DNA from: a bacterium | Lineage (GTDB): Bacteria > Desulfobacterota > DSWW01 | DNA: 64,000 nucleotides | Reading direction: 5' to 3' | NCBI GenBank assembly: GCA_040756235.1 | Contig: JBFLZG010000081.1 | Coordinates: 8,018 to 72,017 of the forward strand | Part shown: positions 30,561 through 38,533 of the stretch, one piece after another | Numbering within the stretch: the stretch's first letter is position 1 | Layout of the letters: every line of letters starts with the position of its first letter | The notes under the pieces: generated by a model | Told to the model about the DNA's origin: nothing | The model's input: only the letters and a program-made list of their open reading frames with translations | Database searches by the model: none | Position numbers and translations under genes: made by a program

Positions 30561-31838
30561 ATGAAGACTCAACTCGATTTCGCCAAAGCCGGGATCATCA
30601 CCCGAGACATGGAGCGAGCCGTCGAAGGCGAGCCGCTGAGCGCAGCCCAGCTTCGCGACATCATCGCCACGGGCCGAGCGGTCCTTCCCAGGAACCGCAA
30701 CCACGAGTTTTCCACGATCAAGGCCATCGGCAAGGGGCTAAAGACGAAGGTCAATGCGAACCTGGGCACCAGCGGTGAATGCGCCGACCTAGAGCTGGAA
30801 CGCCGGAAGTTGCAGGCATGCATCAGAGCCCAGACGGATTCTATCATGGATCTGTCCACCGGCGGCGACCTCACGGCTCTGCGGACCTTCTACCTCGAAG
30901 AATCCGCCACCATGGTAGGCACAGTTCCCATCTACGGCCTGGCTGCCGAGCTGGTACGACGCGGCCAAGGGCTCGAGAAGATGGATGGGGATGTGCTCCT
31001 CAAAGGAATCGAAGAGCAGTGCCGCCAAGGCGTGGACTACATCACGGTCCACTGCGGGGTCACCCGCGCGTCCGTAAAGAAGCTCGAACATTTCCAGCGT
31101 ATCATGCCCTGTGTCAGCCGCGGCGGCTCCATCCACATGTACTGGATGCGGAAAAATGACAAGGACAATCCCCTCTATGAGAACTTCGATGACCTCCTGA
31201 GCATCGCTCAACGATACGATGTGACTTTGAGCCTGGGCGACGGGTTCCGCCCAGGCACCATCGCCGATGCCATTGACGGGCCTCAGATCGAAGAGCTTAT
31301 GATCCTGTCGGAACTGGCTCAAAGGGCAAGGGACCGCGGCGTTCAGGTCATGATCGAAGGGCCGGGCCACGTCCCTCTTGAGCACATCCAGTCCCACGTG
31401 CAGTTCCAGAAAAGGATCTGCCAAGAGGCGCCTTTTTACGTACTGGGTCCACTTCCGACCGACATCGCTCCGGGCTATGACCATATTACCGCTGCGATCG
31501 GGGCGGCACTTGCCGGCGCCGCTGGCGCAGATTTCATTTGCTACGTGACGCCCGCAGAGCACCTGAGTCTCCCCAACGAAGATGATGTCTACCAAGGCGT
31601 CATGGCCGCACGGGTGGCGGCCCACGTCGCGGACCTTGCAAAAGGGATCAGCGGAGCCTTGGAACGGGATGTGCGCATTTCCCGACACCGACAAAACCTC
31701 GATTGGGAAGGGGTGATTGCAGAAGCACTGGACCCGCAGTTGGCCCGGTCCAGGCTGCAAGTAGCTCACGATGGGGAGGCTTGCACCATGTGCGGGAAGC
31801 TGTGCGCGGTAAAGACAATTCGCAGTGGACGCCTCTGA
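30561..31838 (+). CDS. thiC: phosphomethylpyrimidine synthase
   Basis: KVNANLGTS, MDLSTGG, SRGGS, IEGPGH, YVTPAEHL, CTMCGKLC. Confidence 0.96.
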   Translation: MKTQLDFAKAGIITRDMERAVEGEPLSAAQLRDIIATGRAVLPRNRNHEFSTIKAIGKGLKTKVNANLGTSGECADLELERRKLQACIRAQTDSIMDLSTGGDLTALRTFYLEESATMVGTVPIYGLAAELVRRGQGLEKMDGDVLLKGIEEQCRQGVDYITVHCGVTRASVKKLEHFQRIMPCVSRGGSIHMYWMRKNDKDNPLYENFDDLLSIAQRYDVTLSLGDGFRPGTIADAIDGPQIEELMILSELAQRARDRGVQVMIEGPGHVPLEHIQSHVQFQKRICQEAPFYVLGPLPTDIAPGYDHITAAIGAALAGAAGADFICYVTPAEHLSLPNEDDVYQGVMAARVAAHVADLAKGISGALERDVRISRHRQNLDWEGVIAEALDPQLARSRLQVAHDGEACTMCGKLCAVKTIRSGRL

Positions 31839-32009
31839 AGGGAGGTGCTGGGCACCCCAGTTGTGGAGTAGTCGATCCTCTCAAGGCCAGGAGGGGTTCT
31901 CCCACTTTGTGCTCTCACTTCATCCTCGTCCAAGGGAACCGGAACAGCGTCAATCTTGGTCTCGAGGCCGTATCTCAACTCCTGTCGAGACACCATGTCT
32001 CTTGCACTT

Positions 32010-34772
32010 CTATTCAATCTGCACCCGGCCTGTCAGGCCCAGGTCTTCGAGGGCTTGTCTGAGATCCGTCTCGAAACTCCGCGCGAGGTGCTCGTCCACA
32101 GTCACAGAGAACCTGATCCCGACCTTGAGGTCAAAACCGCTCCGCAGCTTCGGCAACACTCTCGTCCCCAGTCTATTCCATATCTCGGGCGGCACGTCTC
32201 CGGAGATGCGGAAGGTCTTCTTGGTAGATCCTGACACAGGCATCGGCTCGGGCGGCGGACCCGGTTCAGGGGTGGGCTCCGGCTTTGGCGCGGGCCCCGG
32301 CTCGGGACGGCCACCCGGCACGGGCTCCGGCACGGCTTTGAGAGCCCTCGCCCGATCCTTCAAGAGCAAGAAAACACCGGATTCAAAAGTGACATCCGCC
32401 GGGTCCGTGAACTCGTTGAACAACACGCGCTCGTAGCCGCCATCCGGTTTCTGGCCTGAAGCCAATCCGAGATCGCCCCTCGTCACGAACTCGACGATTT
32501 TCCCGCGCAGGATCGTGTCCGGGTCGAGAAGACGAGTCAAAGAGCCATTCAGAAAGCTCTGCCTCAGACTCGACAATGGCCAAGCTCCGGACTCCTTCAA
32601 GGCCGGAGGCCAGTTCCGCTCGATGTAGCCAGCACCCACTGACTCATTGAGCAGGGCCTGGGACTTCAGCGCAGTGACGACGCGTCCACAAAGTGTCTCG
32701 CTCCCGCTCGAATGCCCCGCTCCGAGGTCGATGGTCTTCAGCCCATCAGGTTCTCGGTTGTCCGAGATGACCGCAAAACGATAGCCGCCCCAGACCTCGT
32801 CTTTGGCAGCCTCTTCAGAGTCGGCCACCTTCGACTGGAGTTCCGCTCTATCCGCCCGGTCGAACTCGCCGCCGAGCGTCCCGTCCGCGATCTCCTTGGC
32901 CACGCGCTTCCACGCGAGCCACAGCTCGACCTTTTCCCGAAAGTCGCGGCCGGGCTTCTTCAGGCACCATACAAGCGAGCCAGGATAAAGCCTGGGCGAC
33001 TTCCCACGCTGCTTCGTCCACAGTGCAATGTGCTCGCGCAACGAGCCAGTTCCAGTCCACTCGGACTCCGGTTCGACGATGACAAGAGTGAGCTTCGGGG
33101 TGTCCTGCACAGCCGACCCATCCTCAGGGAACGGCACAACCGGGATACTCGCTCCCCTGTCAAACTCCTTTTGGATGAGCGCCCGCATGGCGGGCTTGAT
33201 CTCGGAATCCTCATCAAGAGATGCCCGCCGGTCGCTGACCACCTTTTTCATGGTGGGCTGGTGGCTGATCTTGAAACCGTCCGAGCCGACGCGCCGGAAA
33301 AAGTACGATTTGTCTTCCAGCGTAAACGCTGCCGTATCCACCGAGGTTGTATCGACCTCCGGTTCGCCGAGGGCGAATCGCAGCTCTGGTAGGTGGGCTA
33401 CCTTGTCCACCTGTCCACCCGAGGACTCAAAGAGAATCGCCGTTCCCACTCGGCGGTGGATGTTCCGCAAGGCTCCCTTGGTATCCCCATCGAGCGCCCG
33501 GGCGTGCGACTGGGCTCCGGAGATGTCCGAGTCGATGGCTGCCACAAGGCGCGATTCGCCGAGTTGGCCGAGCACAACACTCCTGAACTCCATCACCTCC
33601 AAAGGCGCGGACCCGAGGGTGATAAGTGGTTCGCGGCGCGCCTCGGTGAACCCTGTGCGATAAGCCCAGGAAATCCACTGCGCGAGCATGGCGAGCGTCC
33701 CGCGCGTCTGCTGGTACTGCGAAAGGGCCTGCCATTTCCGCTGGAACACAGAGAGCGTGGCCGGATGGAACGGGTAACAGACCTCGAAGCGTCCTTGCAG
33801 GTATTCTCTGGACTTCGCCTCGGTTGTGGCGCTATCCACGGCCGTCCATTCCGGCGGAAGCTGTGCGCGCCGCTCGAAGCACCAATCCGCGAATGTCTTG
33901 GAGACGTTCTTACGGATCCGCTCGGTGCCGATATCCTCGAACAGGCGACGGCGGACCACTTCGCTGATCTCGGTCTCGTCATTAGCGATGAGGTCCTTTG
34001 CCACCCGGCGAACCACCTTCGTGATCCTGTCCTGCCACTGCATGTCCCAGTCGGTCATCTCGACCTGACTTCGGGGCAAGCTGATGATCGCTGCGCCTCG
34101 CGTAGTGCCGGTCGTCGCCACAGTCAGGTTCTGAATGAAGGCGTGGAACTGGTCGGCCATGCCGCGGTGGCGGTTCAGGAAGTTCAGCACCTCATCAAAA
34201 AGGACCAGCACCGGCCCGCCTGCTGCCTTGAACACACGCGCGAGGGACTCTGTGCCTGGCGGCGTGGTCTTGGCCGCCCGACCAAGCTCCTTGACTCCTT
34301 TCTCTCCGGCAAGCTGCCAGGCCACATCAATCCACGGGGTCTCCCGTCCTTCCCGCGGATCCCAGGCGTTGCCCACAAAGACGGCGACCTTGGCCTGCGG
34401 GACCGTGCTTACGCCTGCCTCCTGGATCAGCGCACTTACGCCTGGATACTCCCCGGCCTTGGCCCCGTTCGTGACCAAATGATAGAGCGCGGTCAGCGTG
34501 TGCGTCTTCCCGCCACCGAATTGGGTGATGAGCGTCATGACGGGTGACGTATTCGCCGTTTCACCTGAGAGTCGCCGGAGCACCATTCCCGCATGCTCGC
34601 GCAGCGCCCGCGTGAAGCAAGTCCGAGCGAAGAACTGCTTCGGCTCCCGGTAGTCCTCAGGCGCCGTCTTCGCGATGACCTGCTCCAGATGGATGGCAAA
34701 TTCGTCCGGGTTGAACGACCGGCCCTCGCGGACTTCTCTTCGCGGCGTGGCAACTTTGTACCAGGGCTCCAT
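32010..34772 (-). CDS. DUF499-family AAA+ ATPase
   Basis: PWYKVATPRREVREG...DEFA N-terminus, TQFGGGKTH Walker A, LVLFDE Walker B, YPFHP, FQ/YQxTRG. Confidence 0.85.
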   Translation of the reverse strand: MEPWYKVATPRREVREGRSFNPDEFAIHLEQVIAKTAPEDYREPKQFFARTCFTRALREHAGMVLRRLSGETANTSPVMTLITQFGGGKTHTLTALYHLVTNGAKAGEYPGVSALIQEAGVSTVPQAKVAVFVGNAWDPREGRETPWIDVAWQLAGEKGVKELGRAAKTTPPGTESLARVFKAAGGPVLVLFDEVLNFLNRHRGMADQFHAFIQNLTVATTGTTRGAAIISLPRSQVEMTDWDMQWQDRITKVVRRVAKDLIANDETEISEVVRRRLFEDIGTERIRKNVSKTFADWCFERRAQLPPEWTAVDSATTEAKSREYLQGRFEVCYPFHPATLSVFQRKWQALSQYQQTRGTLAMLAQWISWAYRTGFTEARREPLITLGSAPLEVMEFRSVVLGQLGESRLVAAIDSDISGAQSHARALDGDTKGALRNIHRRVGTAILFESSGGQVDKVAHLPELRFALGEPEVDTTSVDTAAFTLEDKSYFFRRVGSDGFKISHQPTMKKVVSDRRASLDEDSEIKPAMRALIQKEFDRGASIPVVPFPEDGSAVQDTPKLTLVIVEPESEWTGTGSLREHIALWTKQRGKSPRLYPGSLVWCLKKPGRDFREKVELWLAWKRVAKEIADGTLGGEFDRADRAELQSKVADSEEAAKDEVWGGYRFAVISDNREPDGLKTIDLGAGHSSGSETLCGRVVTALKSQALLNESVGAGYIERNWPPALKESGAWPLSSLRQSFLNGSLTRLLDPDTILRGKIVEFVTRGDLGLASGQKPDGGYERVLFNEFTDPADVTFESGVFLLLKDRARALKAVPEPVPGGRPEPGPAPKPEPTPEPGPPPEPMPVSGSTKKTFRISGDVPPEIWNRLGTRVLPKLRSGFDLKVGIRFSVTVDEHLARSFETDLRQALEDLGLTGRVQIE

Positions 34773-35197
34773 CACTTCCTCCTGCGCCGAAGCGCCTGCC
34801 GGGGAAGGCGCCTTCGGACTTGATCGCGAACACGGCGCGCAATCCTCACAGCCTCTGCGGCTTGCCTGGTCGTTGCAGGTTCGAGCCCTCCTGGATAGCG
34901 AGTAGCCGTGGCGTAAGGCGTTAGCCTGTCCTGTTCTTCCGTCGAGAGATCGGGACGCACGTCCGGAGGAAGCATGTCCACCAGGTGACGGATATCGTGC
35001 GTCTTTGGGAAGTCCGTGCGGCTCAGCACGAGCAGGACCTTGATGTATTTTTCGACACACTGCTGCGCATGAAAGCAGATGATCTCGGCCGACCACTGTT
35101 CCTTCTCACCGAGCAGGCGAGTGGCGCAGGTCAAATCGGCCTCAGCCTTCTCAACCCATTCGGCCAGGATGGTATTGAGCTCATCCCCCTCGGTCAT
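34772..35197 (-). CDS. HEPN-domain protein (MNT-HEPN pair)
   Basis: WVEKAEADL, CFHAQQCVEKYIK, KTHDI, TRYP. Confidence 0.88.
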   Translation of the reverse strand: MTEGDELNTILAEWVEKAEADLTCATRLLGEKEQWSAEIICFHAQQCVEKYIKVLLVLSRTDFPKTHDIRHLVDMLPPDVRPDLSTEEQDRLTPYATATRYPGGLEPATTRQAAEAVRIARRVRDQVRRRLPRQALRRRRK

Positions 35198-35510
35198 AGA
35201 GGACCTTTCCTTCCAGAAAAGCAGGCCGCTCGATGGTTCCCGGATACTTCTTCCGCCATTCGAAGTCCTCGGGGGTCGTAACGATGATGTCCATGGGCAC
35301 GGGAATATCGTGGAGCGCCGTTCGCACTTGCACCTGCTTCTCGCGTTTTGAGCCTTCTACGGGCATCACAACCAGGAGGTCCACGTCACTGTCCGGTCCT
35401 CCTTGCCCGCGCGCATGAGACCCGAAGAGAATGATCCGCTCGGGCTGGAACTCCCTCACAATCCGACTGACCATCTTGCGAATGTCTTTATTGACCGACC
35501 TTCTTCTCAT
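35181..35510 (-). CDS. minimal nucleotidyltransferase (MNT)
   Basis: ILFGSHARG...DSDVDLLVV. Confidence 0.88.
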   Translation of the reverse strand: MRRRSVNKDIRKMVSRIVREFQPERIILFGSHARGQGGPDSDVDLLVVMPVEGSKREKQVQVRTALHDIPVPMDIIVTTPEDFEWRKKYPGTIERPAFLEGKVLYDRGG

Positions 35511-35524
35511 CGCATGTATTGTCC

Positions 35525-38500
35525 TTATCTCGGCACCGCCAGGAGCATAGCGTCCAAGAGACGCTTCTCCTCGCTGCCTCTCTGATAGAGAGCTGAAAGT
35601 GCGTTGGCCAGGCGCAGAAAGTCCGGGCCGCGATCCTGCTCGGCTCTAATCAGCATCCGTAGCGCATTCGCGTGGCCTCCAGCCTGCAGGAGCATCGCCG
35701 CATGTACCCGATCGAGTGTAGTTGACTCGCGCATGGCGGCAGGTTCCACTGCCGAGGGGTCTACCGTCACCTGCCGTCCGCCTCGTGAGTGCCCGCGAAT
35801 CTTCGGAGTGCCGTCCTCAGAAGAGTCAGGAAACAACCCAAGCTGGAGAGGCTTTGTGGGGTCCTCTGCGATCCAGTCCGCAGCGGCGCCGGCCACGTTC
35901 TCGCCAAAGAGTAGCCTGGCTCGCTCGGAGACGGAGAGAAGGCGCACTATGCCCTTCTTCGTCTCGATCACGCGACCTTCCCATTTGGGGAGCCCGATGC
36001 CCAGGGGTTGAGCAAAGCGCCGAACCACGTCGAAGATCAGACTGTAGCCCTTGGCCTTGCCATTTTGGGCGACTTCCTCCTCGTCCTCCTCTGCCCCTTC
36101 TTCTCCCTCTCCCTCCCGGAGAGGATCGGGCCGAGAGTCGCCATTCGTGCTCTGCAATGTCCAAAGGAAGAGCGCCGTGAGCCTTGCGTCCTCCTCGAGC
36201 GCACCTGCCACGCCGTTCCTGGCCCGGGCCTCGGCCGTGCCGAGCACCTGTTCGAGCGCGGTACGCCCGACAACCTCCCAGACTTTCTCCAGGTATTCGG
36301 CGAGCTTCACCTCGCGGCCCTCGGCAGTCTCGACCTTCGAGTATCGGCTGAAAATCTCCAGCGCCGGGCCGATGCAGGCGAAGACGAGGTCGGCACCGCG
36401 CACGCCCTCTCCCTGGAGCCGCTCCATCCAGTCACCGACACGTCTCGGTAGTTCTCGCAGCACTTCCGCCCAGTCACCCACCGGCGCCTCCTCGGGGCGC
36501 GGGCGGCAGACAAGATGGACGCTAGTTGCAAGGGCCGCGGAGTCTATGGAGATCAGCCTACCTGGTCGTTCTGTGGCAATTGGCCACGATGCAGTAATCG
36601 TCCAGCCGCCTCTTGTAATGCCAGAGAGAAGAGCTTCCCATCCCTGTGTTGTCTTGTGCGCGAAGACCACACAGCTAATACCATCGTCTCGAAGGACGCG
36701 CCGTCCCTCTTCAAACGCACTGGCCATCTGAGATTCGTAAAAGTTACGATCCTTAGCTCGTCCATCGGTCTGCTTCCGATAGGGATCTTGGACGATCTCT
36801 CTCCGCTTTGGTGACAACCGATTGTCGCCATCGAAAGGATCATGAAATAGCGAACAATTGACAAGGGCTCTCTTGAGCCACACCAGGAAGAAATCAGAGA
36901 GGTCTGCGTACGCCACGGCATCGTAATAGGGTGGGTCAGTGAACCAGACGGCTGATCCTTGGTCGGGAAGCGGTGACTTCGTAGCGTCGGCCAACTGGAC
37001 CTGACCTGGTCTGCTTCTGCGCGGCCACGCTTCAACGACTCGGGAAACCCAGTCGAGCGCCCCATCGAAGTTTCCTGAAGATTCAGTCCAAGGAACGGGT
37101 TCGCTGAAGTCCCAAACCATGGGCAAAGCCTGACGTCCGAATGTGCCCCGGATGAACTCCCCAGACGCCACCCAAGTTGTCTGGGCAGATCCATAGTCTG
37201 AAAGCCGACTAACGACGAGTCCAACTATGTCCCTTGTACACGTTCCACCCCTGCCTTCCACCCCCTTCCCAAGAGAAGTGAGCAAGAGTTTCTGCCTTGC
37301 TGTGAAGAGATCGCCAAACTCTTTCACCCCATACAGGAGAACCCGAAAGCCCGAGTTGCCCTTTTCTCGCTCTCTTGGTATCAGATCGTCCGGTACAGGG
37401 CGCAGACCATCCATTCCGCCTTGCTTCCATTCAGCAATGGTTGCATTCAATCGTTTCTGAGCCCTCCAAACGGCTTCATAATCGCGATCGGTCGCAAGTC
37501 GGTAGCGCCGGCCCGGGATTCCCGGCTGTAATTTCACCACAGCCAGAATCCGCGCACCACCGATTCGACTCTTTTCTCTGTTGAAGGCCGCATCCGCTCC
37601 GCCACGCTGCTCCGTCAGTTGGGCACGAACACGATCCGGTGGCAACACCGTCCCGCAGCATAGGCACGTAGCCCTTGCGCGGGTGACCGTCCCGCCGGGT
37701 ACCTCTCGGTCGCTGTTTGGCTCGAACATCTCGAAATCGACTCGAGGCGGCTTGCCCTTAGGCCTCACGACCCGGTACCGCAGCGCCCGCTTGCGGCTCT
37801 CCTTCTTGCACAGCCAGAACGAGCGCACGAGCGGAATCTCGGCTCCGCAGTTGGGGGCTTCGCACTTCACCGTCCGAGCCCAGAGGTACGCGATGGGTGT
37901 GGAACCATCGGGGTCCTTGGGGTAGAACTCGGCCAGTTTCTTCTCGGCTTCCTTCTTGATCTTGCCGCCGACCCGGCGCAGCTCCTCGGCCAGATCTGGT
38001 CCATGGCGAGGGATGTCTTCCAGCATGACCTTGAGAATCAGGCAGGCCACCGGGTTGAGGTCGCTCGCAAACGCATCGCAACCAAGCCGCAGCGCCTCCA
38101 GTGGGATGGACCCACCGCCGGCAAACGGGTCTACCACGAGCGGCGCCTCCTCTCCATGCGCGGCTTTGACCAGTCCCCGGCCGACCTCTAGATAAGTCGG
38201 GTGGCTCGACACATCCCAGTTTGCAAAATCGCCGATGAACTTGAGCAATGACTTCCGAAGGTGTTCATCTTTCCGGCCGACCTTACCAACGAGCTGCGGA
38301 AGAAGGTCTCGTGCTTTTTCCTTGAAGTCCTTGGGGCACTTCTCATCGCACGGGTCGGGAAGAAGCAATCCAAGGAGCATCGCTCGGCAGGCAGCCAACG
38401 GCCGCCGCGCCCACCAGAGGTGGAGGGTGGATGGATGCCCATGCCGGATCGACTTCTCCCGCGCCGCGTGCTTCGAAACCACGGCAATGGGGAAGTCGAC

Positions 38501-38533
38501 TTCCGCCAAGCGCTTACATTCCTTTGGAATCAT
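35525..38533 (-). CDS. DUF1156 amino-DNA methyltransferase with Zn ribbon
   Basis: LHLWWARRPLAACRA, DPFAGGGSIP motif I, CEAPNC/CLCC, FTDPPYYD motif IV. Confidence 0.9.
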   Translation of the reverse strand: MIPKECKRLAEVDFPIAVVSKHAAREKSIRHGHPSTLHLWWARRPLAACRAMLLGLLLPDPCDEKCPKDFKEKARDLLPQLVGKVGRKDEHLRKSLLKFIGDFANWDVSSHPTYLEVGRGLVKAAHGEEAPLVVDPFAGGGSIPLEALRLGCDAFASDLNPVACLILKVMLEDIPRHGPDLAEELRRVGGKIKKEAEKKLAEFYPKDPDGSTPIAYLWARTVKCEAPNCGAEIPLVRSFWLCKKESRKRALRYRVVRPKGKPPRVDFEMFEPNSDREVPGGTVTRARATCLCCGTVLPPDRVRAQLTEQRGGADAAFNREKSRIGGARILAVVKLQPGIPGRRYRLATDRDYEAVWRAQKRLNATIAEWKQGGMDGLRPVPDDLIPREREKGNSGFRVLLYGVKEFGDLFTARQKLLLTSLGKGVEGRGGTCTRDIVGLVVSRLSDYGSAQTTWVASGEFIRGTFGRQALPMVWDFSEPVPWTESSGNFDGALDWVSRVVEAWPRRSRPGQVQLADATKSPLPDQGSAVWFTDPPYYDAVAYADLSDFFLVWLKRALVNCSLFHDPFDGDNRLSPKRREIVQDPYRKQTDGRAKDRNFYESQMASAFEEGRRVLRDDGISCVVFAHKTTQGWEALLSGITRGGWTITASWPIATERPGRLISIDSAALATSVHLVCRPRPEEAPVGDWAEVLRELPRRVGDWMERLQGEGVRGADLVFACIGPALEIFSRYSKVETAEGREVKLAEYLEKVWEVVGRTALEQVLGTAEARARNGVAGALEEDARLTALFLWTLQSTNGDSRPDPLREGEGEEGAEEDEEEVAQNGKAKGYSLIFDVVRRFAQPLGIGLPKWEGRVIETKKGIVRLLSVSERARLLFGENVAGAAADWIAEDPTKPLQLGLFPDSSEDGTPKIRGHSRGGRQVTVDPSAVEPAAMRESTTLDRVHAAMLLQAGGHANALRMLIRAEQDRGPDFLRLANALSALYQRGSEEKRLLDAMLLAVPR

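Noticed and set aside
34773..35096. N-terminal extension of the 1028-aa DUF499 ORF
   Set aside because: It overlaps the HEPN gene in another frame; the family-like start is MEPWYKV at 34772 with an AGGAGG RBS.
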